This document shows, in pieces, positions 1 to 11,068 of a DNA stretch of 64,000 nucleotides (position 1 is its first letter; each line of letters starts with the position of its first letter). Made by a program: the position numbers and the translations under genes. The stretch spans positions 3,782,001 through 3,846,000 of the forward strand of contig NC_043017.1 in the NCBI RefSeq assembly GCF_006345805.1, written 5' to 3'. The notes under the pieces were generated by a model. It was given only the letters and a program-made list of their open reading frames with translations, searched no databases and was not told where the DNA came from. Origin of the DNA: Octopus sinensis (lineage: Eukaryota).

Positions 1-731
1 GATTGTCTTTTGCAGAGTTCATTCTGTTGCAATCATTCAGACAAGGAGTCCTCTGTGTGAATACCCCATATTGTTGTTCATTTCTTCTGTCTTCAGGGGC
101 TCTGATAAAAGGTCATGGGTGGACACTGCTTCTCTTCATTTGACTAAGCCTTTAAAATATATTAATATTTTCAATAAAATCTGTAACATTTGACAGCAAC
201 GTATTTCTGCTGTGTGTTTGAAAGAGCTGAAATAGCTTCACACATTCGCACTCATCTCATCTTTAGACAGCGAATTGGTTAAGTACGTATATCACCAGAT
301 ACAGCGCTGTGTGACATTTGCTTCGGCAATGTACGTTCAAACCACATCGATGCCAAGTTTAACTTTTACCCCTTCGAGGTGGATCAAGTACCAGTCAAGA
401 ATTACTGTCGATATCACTGCGTCTCATTCTCTCCAAATTGCGTATCCATGAAACTCTACAGTATATATACCTAATTCCGAATGATCCGTCCTTGTTTTCC
501 TTATATCGTCTGTCTGGATATTTTGTTGTCCCATTTTTGTTTCACCTAACTGTTTGAATGTTTTGCGTTCTTGTCCCATTTTCGTATTTTTTATATATAA
601 AATATAGCGGCGTACGTACACTTTGGTCTCATATATGTAAGTATATTTATGAGCATACATATATCAGTGTGCAAGGATGATTGTTATCGTGTATGTGAAT
701 CTGTATATTTTAGGTTCTGTATATGTACATA

Positions 732-1066
732 GGCGCAGGAGTGGCTGTTTGGTAAGTAGCTTGCTAACCAGCCACATGGTTCCGGGTTCAGTTCCACTGC
801 GTGGCATCTTGGGCAAGTGTCTTCTGCTATAGCCCCGAGCCGACCAATGCCTTGTGAGTGGATTTGGTAGACGGAAACTGAAAGAAGCCTGTCGTATATA
901 TGTATATATATATAAGTGTGTGTGAATATGTTTGTGTCTGTGTTTGTTCCCCTAGCATTGCTTGACAACCGATGCTGGTGTGTTTACGTCCCCGTCACTT
1001 AGCGGTTCGGCAAAAGAGACCGATAGAATAAGTACTGGGCTTACAAAGAATAAGTCCCGGAGTCGA
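732..1066 (+). mobile_element. tRNA-derived SINE, family 1 (3'-truncated)
   Basis: Head with A-box TGGCTGTTTGG and B-box GGTTCAGTTCC, plus an internal (TA/TG)n tract; at least 8 copies in the window. Confidence 0.85.
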
Positions 1067-1199
1067 TTATGGAATGAGTAGACTTTCATAATATTTGCTT
1101 CGCAGCTGTTTTCTTTTAGGTTTTGCGAAGCCCAGCATCTATTAGTGCTAAGGAGGTTACTTAATGCCCCAATAATTATAGGCATATATCTAAAGCAAT

Positions 1200-1514
1200 G
1201 TGGAGGCGCAATGGCCCAGTGGTTAGGGCAGCGGACTCGCGGTCGGAGGATCGCGGTTTCGATTCCCAGACCGGGCGTTGTGTGTGTTTATTGACTGAAA
1301 ACGCCTAAAAGCTCCACGAAGCTCCGGCAGGGGGTGGTGGCGACCCCTGTTGTATTCTTTCGCCACAACTTTCTTTCACTCTTTCTTCTTTGTTTCTTGA
1401 GTAACGCTGCGATGGATTGGCGTCCTGTCCAGCTGGAGGGAACACATAGGCCACAGAAACCGGGAAACCGTTCTCATGAGCCTGGCTAGGCTTGAAAAGG
1501 GTGACGTTAACGTT
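1200..1514 (+). mobile_element. tRNA-derived SINE, family 2b (tRNA-Arg-like head, resembles octopus OR-type SINEs)
   Basis: A-box TGGCCCAGTGG, B-box GTTTCGATTCC; 13-bp TSD TATCTAAAGCAAT at 1187-1199 and 1515-1527. Confidence 0.85.
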
Positions 1515-1817
1515 TATCTAAAGCAATAAGCTAGGTGAAATGACTACAACTTTCTGTTAGCATCATTATGTTAACATCTGTTGCGCAACTAATTACCACT
1601 ACTGTGTCTAAGTTTTCCTCTGTTCTAAATCATTTTGCCTGGTATATTTTGTTTGTGCTCGTGAGATCTTGATAAGAAAATTTCACTACTATTCTTCCAT
1701 ATTGCATATTATAACTGTGATTTCTATTTTATATATGATCAATATAATCTCATCCATAGAATCAACCTTTCAACAAAGTTGCGGTGTATAACATGTTGGT
1801 CACGATAATAGATAATA

Positions 1818-2032
1818 TTCCTTTCTGCTATAGGCACAAGGCCTGAAATTTTGGGGGACGGAGATAGTCGATTACATCAACCCCAAAGCTCTACTGGTAC
1901 TTAATCTATCGGTCCCGAAAGGATGAAAAGCAAAGACGACTTCGGCGGAATTCGAACTCAGAACATAAAGGCAGACTAAAAGACGTTAAGCATTTTGTCC
2001 GGTGTGCTAACGACTCTGCCACCTTGCTGCCT
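1818..2032 (-). mobile_element. SINE-like repeat, family 4
   Basis: Shares the gttctgagttcgaattccgccgaagtcgtcttt...cctttcggg core with copies at 7.2k, 10.3k, 26k, 33.1k, 54k and 57.5k. Confidence 0.75.
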
Positions 2033-2052
2033 CACAATGATAGATAATATTG

Positions 2053-2438
2053 GAAGCACTCCGTCGGTTACGACGACGAGGGTTCCGGTTGATCCGAATC
2101 AACGGAACAGCCTGCTCGTGAAATTAACGTGTAAGTGGCTGAGCACTCCACAGACACGTGTACCCTTAACCTAGTTCTCGGTTATATTCAGCGTGACACA
2201 GAGAGTGACAAGACCGGCCCCTTGAAATACAGGTACAACAGAAACAGGAAGTAAGAGTGAGAGAAAGTTGTAGTGAAAGAGTACAGCAGGGATCACCACC
2301 ACCCCCTGCCGGAGCCTCGTGGAGCTTTTAGGTGTTTTCGCTCAATAAACACTCACAACGCCCGGTCTGGGAATCGAAACCGCGATCCTATGACCGCGAG
2401 TCCGCTGCCCTAACCACTGGGCCATTGCGCCTCCACTC
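2053..2438 (-). mobile_element. tRNA-derived SINE, family 2a
   Basis: Same head as family 2b with a different 3' tail; TSD AGATAATATTG at 2042-2052 and 2439-2449; near-identical copy at 35654-36043. Confidence 0.88.
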
Positions 2439-2748
2439 AGATAATATTGAGATCATATAGGATGGGTGTGATAACCTCAGTGTTCCTTCCATGCACACAT
2501 ATCTGTATATGAGTTCATGTATGTATATATGTTTGTGTACGTTTAAGATCAACGAAGAGGGGGCAACTACATAAAACTCTGTATTTTAAGTAGGATTGCT
2601 AGAAATAACAGTCAAATTTTCCTCACATCATAGTCTATCAACGTATGTACGGATATACGAATGATCCAACACAAGATGAAGAAGACTGGTTTACGACAAT
2701 CTACGTGGAGCTTTAAAACTAAGCAAAAGCACTCCTACAAGACAGACA

Positions 2749-2815
2749 TACATACATACATACATACATACATACATACATACATACATACATACATACT
2801 ACATACATACATATG

Positions 2816-2880
<65 letters not shown>

Positions 2881-3084
2881 ATCCAAACATGAAAACACAA
2901 AGAGAAAACACAACAACGCGAGGACGTGTAAGAAGTATAGTGTTATTGGACGCTCAGGAAAGGAAAGAAAGAAGGAGGATTTAACGTTTCGAGCGGAGCT
3001 CTTCGTCAGAAACACAGGAAAAGGAAAGACCTAAGGAAGAGAAGACGGAGAAAAGAAAATCGCCAACGATACACCCGCGGTCAC

Positions 3085-3169
<85 letters not shown>

Positions 3170-3382
3170 TACACACACATATATATATATACAAAATATT
3201 AACTACAAGCACGGAACATTCAGATTCATTACTCTGAGTTTCCCATCAACCAGGGATATAAAGTTATCCAATTTCCAATCGACAATCAACGTACCACCGT
3301 CCATCACCTTCCGTTGTGTATGCATGTAAGTTTGTATGTGTATATGCATGTGCATATGGATATGCATACATGCATATGCGCT

Positions 3383-3419
<37 letters not shown>

Positions 3420-3436
3420 GTATAAACACACACACA

Positions 3437-3488
<52 letters not shown>

Positions 3489-3677
3489 TAAATTAGAGAT
3501 AAAACCACTATTAGGCAAATCAATTTAATATAATATAATATAATATATTTATACTATAAAATTGGATTTAATCCTAAATCTCCTTTTTTCCCTGTAAGTT
3601 TGGATTTATTCTCTATTATTATTATTATTATTATTATTATATTATTATTATTATTATTATTATATTATTATTATATA

Positions 3678-3729
<52 letters not shown>

Positions 3730-3800
3730 TATATATGTATAAACACACACACATGCATATATATATATATACAAATATACCTATATATAGCACCAGTTAA
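2749..3800. repeat. Microsatellite cluster (TACA)n, (TA)n, (TAGA)n, (CA)n, (TTA)n with embedded short elements
   Basis: Read directly from the sequence. Confidence 0.9.
2980..3012 (-). ncRNA. Minimal type I hammerhead ribozyme motif in a short Penelope-derived element (about 2877-3085)
   Basis: Minus strand reads TTT-CTGACGA-A-GAGC-TCC-GCTC-GAAA-CGTT-AAA: intact core, stem II GAGC/GCTC, palindromic stem III, GUU triplet; stem I is only 3 bp. Confidence 0.6.
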
Positions 3801-3909
3801 CAGATCCAAAGAACAGTATGTATATGAAAACAGTTAAAATATGTTAACGGAAACTTAGGCTCCATACCGGGGTAAGCGATTAGACATAGAAAGACAAGTC
3901 ACTACTTAC

Positions 3910-4337
3910 TGAGCGCACAAATAATCGACTTCTTCTTCTAGCGATTCCTCTTTAGATTGTAAGGCTGCAAGTTTAATATCCTTCCTCCGTATGTCTGCTT
4001 TCAAGATGCCCATCTCAGCATGATACGAATTCTTGATTATACCAATATTTAAGCTATGGTTGCTGTTCCATAAGAGATCCTTAAAATATGTGTTCTCAGC
4101 CTCTAAGAAACGTACCTTTTCAATGTGATTGGCAAGTTTATCGTTCAAACCTCGTATTTCTTTCCTTTCATGTTGGTTAGCATTTTTTATCTTAGAAATA
4201 CTTTCTTGGGAACATAGTGTTGCTAATCCACTCTCCAAGACTATTGGAGTTTGAAGAGTATTAATCCATGTAGGATGCCTTCTGACGCCGGAAATTTTTC
4301 TGACAGTCGACCGGTAAGGACTTTTTTCCATTGTCAT
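3910..4337 (-). CDS. Intermediate filament protein gene A, exon 1 (head and coil 1A/1B); no downstream exon found in the window
   Basis: MTMEKS...ERKEIRGLNDKLANHIEKVRFLEAEN...ESLEEEVDYLCAQ matches the IF coil 1A signature; phase-2 donor CA|GTAAGT at the same position as in genes B and C. Confidence 0.88.
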
Positions 4338-4440
4338 TATTATATAGATATATATATTAGTGTTATTTAAACATCGATGTAAAATGGAAATTCGTATATT
4401 GGAATTTATACTGAAGAAGTTTCTTGAATAAAAGATTTCA

Positions 4441-4476
4441 TACACTGACCTAACTGCTATGTACCCGAGTTTTATG
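4441..4476 (-). promoter_or_regulatory. Putative core promoter of gene A (CATAAAA plus TCAGT initiator)
   Basis: CATAAAA at 4476-4470 starts 30 nt upstream of the A of TCAGT (4446), about 110 nt upstream of the ATG. Confidence 0.5.
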
Positions 4477-4914
4477 CGTTGTCACTCCTAAGAAATAACA
4501 AAGATGACTTACAGTGAGAGCGGTAAAAGAATGTGAGTGAAATTTGACTGATAGTTAAAATTGGTATTTGTTTACAAAGACAGAGAGACAGACAGACAGA
4601 CAGAGAAAGAAAGAGAGAGGGAGGGAAGAAAAAGAGAGACAGGGGAGGAGAGTAAAGAATGGTGATATGGCTTGTGCAAACGAAACAAAGAAAGGATAAG
4701 ATATTCCGAGGTTTTGATGGAAAAGAAAAGTATGTGGGATATACATATATATATATGTATATATATGTATATATATATATATTCAAATTAAAATTATTTC
4801 GGACATATTTATTTGCTCTTTTTAACTAAATAAGATTCTTCGAACTTATATAGCATTGAGATATATATGTATATATATGTATATATATGTATGTATATAT
4901 ATGTATATATATAT

Positions 4915-4969
<55 letters not shown>

Positions 4970-5539
4970 ATGTGTGTGTGTGTGTGTGTGTGTATGTGTG
5001 TGTTTGTGTGTGTAAAATAAAGAGAATGAAGAAAGGAAATCATGTAACGTAAGAAATTCTTGTTTACGCTTCACTTGTCAACGGCGTATCGATTAATCGT
5101 GTCTGTATCCAATTACCCACCTACATTTGCTCGTAGGTGGATATCGTTACCTTCAGACTAAAACATATTTGGAGCCAACGGAGGAAGGTTTTACAGTCTT
5201 GCTTGATCTGCTAGAAACAGCAACAAAATCTCGCTTAAATCTCTCAATTCTCTACCTTAATTTATGACTGATAAGGTATTACGGATATTCAAGCACGGAA
5301 AGCTCTTATCAAAGGTCATTTGGCTCAGAGGTGACGTCGGCTAAACAGCAATTTAGTTTGAGTTAATAACATGAATTCCTCCTCGATGCGCAACATGTTA
5401 GAAATAGCAACCAGTTCTCTCTCAAACAACTCCCCTAATGCCGGTCCCAAGAAAGGAAACGAAAGGAAGGGGGTGCTCAAAGGGCTATCAACCTCTTACC
5501 AGAACCAGCGAGGAAAACACTCATGTGCAGAAAACTATG

Positions 5540-5815
5540 ATCGCCGAAAAATTGTTGACAACACACGGCAAAAGAAGTATGACATTACCTTCTCCAAGTG
5601 ACGGGAATGAGGCAGAGCGGAGAGGTTGCCCAGCCCTTGGTGAAGAGTTCGATTCTGAACGCCAAACCAAAAGCTTACATCGCTACCCGGAACGTTTAAT
5701 TCGGTACCGATGCGGACTATTGGCCCAGCTTCTTCGAGAACTTGACGTTTACCGACTGAGTATTCTGGGAGGAAGTGAAATGCGCCGGACTTAAAGCAGG
5801 AAAAATATCTTTCAA
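5540..5815 (+). mobile_element. RTE-like LINE 5' relic (start of AP endonuclease), degenerate
   Basis: Frameshifted IATRNV* and LAQLLRELDVYRLSILGGSEMR resemble the APE N-terminus (IGTWNV...LGLSEVRW). Confidence 0.5.
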
Positions 5816-6089
5816 ACATAAAGCCACCATTTTACGAAAGACAAGAAACATTAGGTAGACTTATCCACAATTGACTCTTCCAGAAAAATAAAAAGAACTT
5901 GATAGTCACGGCCTGAAAACAGTCTCTCAAAGATCAACTCGGTGCACGATGACCTGGAGCTTAACAATAATACCAACAGTAACCAGGGCATATTGGCTAG
6001 CATGGTCTTCGATACACTATATCTGAATGAAAAAGAAAATGCTGGTCACGGATGGAATTTCTTTTATTATAATTCTGCTCAGCTAGGGT

Positions 6090-6650
6090 TTACGTCGAGT
6101 AAAACTGGATACAGACCCGCTTCCGTAACGAATGGCCATGGAGTCGTACCTAGAAAGTTCCTCCCTGAGTCACAAGCCCAGGCAAGGTTGTTTTGTGCAA
6201 GATCAGCAGTCGCCCATGCATACCAGTTTCCCCTTTTCACGCCATCGCCAAGAAAGTTCCTGTCCAAGGCACAAGGCCAGATAAAGTTGTTTTGTGGAAG
6301 ACCAGCAGTCGCCCATGCTTGCCAGTCTCCCCTCTTCATGCAAAGGCGAAAAGCTGAGCAGTGACGTCGCAACTCATTTCTACATCTGAGTGAACTAGAG
6401 CAACGTGAAATAGAGTGTCTTACTCTTTTACTCTTTTACTTGTCTCAGTCATTTGACTGCGGCCATGCTGGAGCACCGCCTTTAGTCGAGCAAATCGACC
6501 CCGGGACTTATTTTTTGTAAGCCCAGTACTTATTCTATCGGTCTCTTTTGCCGAACCGCTAAGTGACGGGGATGTAAACACACCAGCATCGGTTGTCAAG
6601 CAATGCTAGGGGGACAAACACAGAAATACACACACACACACACACACACA

Positions 6651-6707
<57 letters not shown>

Positions 6708-7003
6708 TACGACAGGCTTCTTTCAGTTTCCGTCTACTAAATCCACTCAGAAGGCATTGGTCGGCCCGGGGCTATAGCAGAAGACACTTGCCCAAGATGC
6801 CACGCAGTGGGACTGAACTCGGAACCATGTGGTTGGTTAGCAAGCTACCTACAACATAGCCACTCCTGCGCCTCACAGCCACTCCTGCGCCTCACAGCCA
6901 CTCCTGTCTTTTTCAAGAATTGAACACAGCCCGGTCCGGAATCGAACTCACAAACTCACGATTGTAAGCCCAATGCTTTAACCACTGAGCCATGCACCCT
7001 CAC
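6090..7003 (-). mobile_element. SINE family 3 copy with an internal ~100-bp duplication, interrupted by a family 1 SINE
   Basis: tRNA-like head at about 6911-7003 and body at 6090-6421 match the copies at 31475-31765 and 49460-49790. Confidence 0.75.
6422..6904 (-). mobile_element. SINE family 1, full length, nested inside a family 3 SINE
   Basis: Full family 1 sequence; TGTCTT on both flanks; 19-bp 5' end triplicated. Confidence 0.88.
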
Positions 7004-7214
7004 ATACGTCAAGTTAAACAACACATTAAATAATGCGGCCAAAAGCTGAGTGTAAATGACCCCAGCACCATAATTAGTGGTTAGATTATTTTTTTCAAAT
7101 GTATTTTCAAACAATACATGTTTATTGCGCTTTTATGCGTTTATTTTGCCGTTGTTTGTTTGTTTTTCCTTCTATTTCTCTGAAGACGATGAAAGAACAA
7201 TGTAGCAAATTGCT

Positions 7215-7625
7215 TATATTGGTTTCAAATTTTGGTACAAGGCCAGCAATTTTGGGGAGAGTGTTAAGTAGATTACGTCAACACAGTAGTACTTATTTTT
7301 TTGACCCCGAAAGGATGAAAGGAAAAGTTGACCTCGGCATAATTTGAACTCAGAACTTAAAGACAGGTGATATGCTCTTAATGTATTATGCCCGGCGTGC
7401 TTCACAATTCTACCAGCTTACCGACTTACAAATTGCTTATTTCTTATATTCCTTTCTACTCTAGCTACAAGGTCCGAAATTTTGGAGCAGCGGGGTGGCA
7501 GTCGATTAGCTCTACCCCAGTGCATAACTGCTACTTAATTTATTGACCTCCGAAAGGATGAAAGGCAAAGTAGACCTCGGCGGAATTCGAACTCAGAACG
7601 TAGCGGCAGACGAAATACCTATTTC
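7215..7625 (-). mobile_element. Two tandem SINE-like family 4 copies
   Basis: Two ccgaaaggatgaaagg...gacctcggc...gaactcagaac cores. Confidence 0.7.
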
Positions 7626-7629
7626 TGTT

Positions 7630-8390
7630 GGTCATTGAGAAAACACGAGAAAACCCGAGAGTGTGTCAAAATCATAAGTGGAATAAGAAGAAATGTAAAA
7701 AGAGGAATGAGGAAAAAGGAAGGAAAAAGAAAACGTAGAGTTGCGTCCCTTTGCATTAAATTTGGTTTAAATTAATTCCACGAGGAGAAGATCAAAGTCA
7801 GTGAGACTGCATGGCTAATCCGGAGAGGGTGGTGTCCTCTAGTTCATAAGAAAAAGGTAGTTTGAAATTAAGGATAACTTACCACCAATCTTCTTTCCGA
7901 CACGTAGATAAGAAGAAAACCACAATGTTCGCACGACATACCTGGGATCAGTAGACCAACTGCGTAGCACACAGCTTCAAATGGAGCATCATGCAACGAT
8001 CCACGCCATACGTTACTGGATCAAGGAAATGCAGGCCTTGTGCAGCCGAAAGAACTCATATTCTTTTTAGATTTAAAAACCCCACGGACATACTAAATTC
8101 CAGATTAGGTGTTTACATAAATGAATGCATATTCTTTTGTGAAACTACAGGACAACACTCACACCGGATCAGGCATACAGTTATAGAAACGTTTCCGTTG
8201 AAGTAATTTACACCAACCATATCAATTCTGATTCGAACAGGCGTTAAGACGCAACTCATAATCTTCGTTTCGTTTTCGTTTTTCATTCCACATTTTGCAT
8301 TGTTTTCTCATTCCACTTTTTGCTTTCGACTTTCCCTTGTTTCTTGTGCTTTCTCGAACACCGGCGTCGTTTCTCGTTTTTTTTTTAAAT
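7630..8390. mobile_element. Old degenerate element with inverted ends (putative DNA transposon relic)
   Basis: gagttgcgtc (7738) and gacgcaactc (8248) are inverted, with A-rich versus T-rich outer arms; related copy at 29560-30680. Confidence 0.4.
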
Positions 8391-8602
8391 AAAGACCTGT
8401 TATCTTGTATACTTCAGTGTGACAAATTTCTTGGAAACACAAGGGCATATTATGTAATCTTGCCAGTTTATAGTGTTTGCACAGTATGAAACGAATAATA
8501 GCAGGAATTCAAATACTGAGTATATACGATGGTATTTATCTCTCACTGGACGGAGTGTATTTCTAGTGATCCCACAACATAACAGAACATTAATATATAT
8601 GC

Positions 8603-8633
<31 letters not shown>

Positions 8634-8724
8634 TGTATGTATGTATGTATGTATGTATGTATGTATGTATGTATGTATGTATGTATGTATGTATGTATGT
8701 ATGTATGTATGTATGTATGTATGT
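8603..8724. repeat. (TATG)n microsatellite
   Basis: Read directly from the sequence. Confidence 0.95.
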
Positions 8725-8749
8725 ATATGTGTGTATATGTGTGTCTCTT

Positions 8750-9580
8750 CTATTTTTTAATTACTATAAACCTTCCACTGTGGAGGAAGCCAGTTTCCAA
8801 CTAAGATACAAGGCTCCATCTTTGGGATGTAGTTAACACAGAGAAATTCACATTTGGAACTTGTGAAAAGTCTTGCATATTTTCACTGTTCCACTCACAG
8901 ATTTGACTTGTAATGTACGAATCAGCCGGTCAATTCCTCTTTCTGAAAATTCCAGTTTATCCAGATTCTCCTTTAAGCATTTACTAACAAAACTTAACGC
9001 TCCAATTATTACAGGTATGAATATGAATTCATTGTTTAGATATAGAAGCTGGTGGTTCCAAAGCAGTTGTCCATAGCTTTCCTTTTTTCTTTGATTTTCA
9101 AAGAGATATTTATATCTGCAGGGCAGCTAACCTCTTTGATGGTACATACCTTTGGCCCTCTGTCCCAAACAACAATACCTGGCCTGTTATGCTTACAAGT
9201 GGCAGAAGTTTTGACGGGAATATTCAACCAGTATTCTTTGAGTTGGTGCTTATGAATGTATTCCATAACAGAGGGATTTTCTAAGTTTATTTCAGGACAG
9301 GGGTTTTTTTTGCGGATGGCATTGTACATTGTTTTAGCAACAACATCGTGTCGCATTGGGTGATAGTACCGTGATGACATTTTAGGACAGCTGCTAATCA
9401 CATGCATGATGTCTTCCACAGAAACATGACATAGCCTTCACATGCGGTTGCACCTTGGGATTACAAGAGCGTCACTGTCTCTTTTGTTAACCATATACTT
9501 TGTGGCAATCTCCTGTTCCTTGATTACAAACGCACACGTAAGAGAACTCCTTCTACATATCTGTTGGCTAAATTCCGTCC
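8750..9580 (-). mobile_element. Non-LTR retrotransposon 3' relic with zinc knuckle and restriction-like endonuclease (R4/Dong-like)
   Basis: RLC..SVEDIMHVISSCPKM...RHDVVAK...HNRPGIVVWDR...IKEVSCP, with stops and frameshifts. Confidence 0.8.
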
Positions 9581-9586
9581 ATAAAC

Positions 9587-9996
9587 GCGTAGGAGTGGCT
9601 GTGTGGTAAGTAGCTTGCTTATCAACCACATGGTTCCGGGTTCATTCCCACTGCGTGGCACCTTGGGTAAGTGTCTTCTACTATAACCTCGGGCCGACCA
9701 AAGCCTTGTGAGTGGATTTGGTAGACGGAAACTGAAAGAAGCCCGTCGTATATATGTATATGTGTATATATATGTGTGTGCGTGTTTGTGTGTCTGTGTT
9801 TGTCCCCCCAACATCGCTTGACAACCGATGCTGGTGTGTTTACGTCCCCGTAACTTAGCGGTTCGTCAAAAGTGACCGATAGAATAAGTACTAGGCTTAC
9901 AAAGAATAAGTCCTGGGGTCGATTTGCTCGACTAAAAGATGGTGCTCCAGCATGGCCACAGTCAAATGACTGAAAGAAGTAAAAGAGTAAAAGAGT
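9587..9996 (+). mobile_element. SINE family 1, full length
   Basis: Head to (gtaaaaga)n tail matches the other copies. Confidence 0.88.
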
Positions 9997-10251
9997 AAAC
10001 TATGAAGTCAACCTGAAAATAATTTAGAAAATATTTGTTGAAGTTTTTGTGAAATGAGATCAAGCCCCTTGATTGGTGTCTTGTTGTATCGGCACATGCG
10101 GGACGAAGGGCAAGGTTGACATCCATGAGATTTTAATTTGAACATAAAATGACATAAAATAACGACACTGAAGCTCTAATCCATTCTATAAGAATGAGAC
10201 GATTTAACGATGAATAAAAACAATATAAGAAAATAATTTATTTAATAAGAT

Positions 10252-10257
10252 TTTATT
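10252..10257 (-). terminator. Putative polyadenylation signal of gene B
   Basis: AATAAA conserved in homologous 3' UTR context in C (33626-33631) and D (61190-61195, 61300-61305). Confidence 0.5.
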
Positions 10258-10339
10258 GCCTTCTTTTCATACAATATAGCGAAAAGAACCTCAAAATCGA
10301 ATTACAAAGTACAAGGTTGTTAATTGAATAAAGAATAAC

Positions 10340-10514
10340 GGTTGCAAATTTTGCCACAAGGGGTGTAATTTTGCGGGAGGGGATGAGTCAATTATATCGA
10401 CACCGGTGTTAGACTGGTACTTATTTTATCGAACCCGAAAGCATGAGAGGTAAAGTCGACCTCGGCGGAATCTGAACTCACAATGCGCTAACGATTCTGC
10501 CAGCTCGCCGCCTT
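10340..10514 (-). mobile_element. SINE-like family 4 copy in the presumed 3' UTR of gene B
   Basis: Family 4 core; absent at the homologous position in C and D. Confidence 0.7.
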
Positions 10515-11032
10515 AATAAAACAAAAAATAATGCTAAGAATTTTAATTATATTTTCCCAAAATACAGTTGCATTTTTTTTTTTTTTGTATTGCATACATT
10601 TTTAGTTTTTATTGAGTGAAATACCATTAAAACATCTGATAGCAAAACAAACGGTACATTGCTTGTCATAGTATCTAGGTAACTTCACTAACAGCCTTTA
10701 TTGAAACCATGATTATAGAGGTATCAAGCTGAAGTGTTTGTTGATATTTGATAATTGTGTATCAATGTTACAACACATTTTTATATTGACAACTGAATTT
10801 ACTCATCATCTTTATAATTAGCTTAAATTTTTGAGAATCATGTAAAAAAAAATTAAACAGTAAATTTGAAGTGTTTAGAAGTTTATATTAGAATTAGTTT
10901 TTTTTTTAATAACTGAAGCTATTATTATTAATAAGGGACTTTCTGAAACTTGGTGCTAACTGCAACAAAAAAAACGGTGACTTTTCAGCGAAGACAACAT
11001 GCACACAAGTTCGGCAGGACAAATTACGTTCT

Positions 11033-11068
11033 TCACATATTTGTTTTGATAACTAGTTTAGCGCTTTC
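11033..11068 (-). CDS. IF gene B exon 11 (terminal)
   Basis: ttgcag|[11 protein letters not shown]. Confidence 0.85.
   Translation of the reverse strand, partial: ESAKLVIKTNM

Noticed and set aside
424-660. ORF with AG/GT-flanked segment as possible gene A exon 2
   Set aside because: No similarity to B/C exon 2, and joining in the required phase gives an immediate TGA
1200-1275. tRNA genes at SINE heads
   Set aside because: A and B boxes are present but each continues into a SINE body with TSDs; no proper acceptor stem
2661-3800. Many ORFs rich in YI, HT and CV repeats here and throughout the window (e.g. the 339-aa ORF at 16998-18017)
   Set aside because: Translations of (TA)n, (CA)n and (TATG)n microsatellites, not genes
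3906-4445. 179-aa ORF start at 4445 as the start of gene A
   Set aside because: It begins at a GTG on the predicted initiator; ATG 4337 (or 4331) is the plausible start
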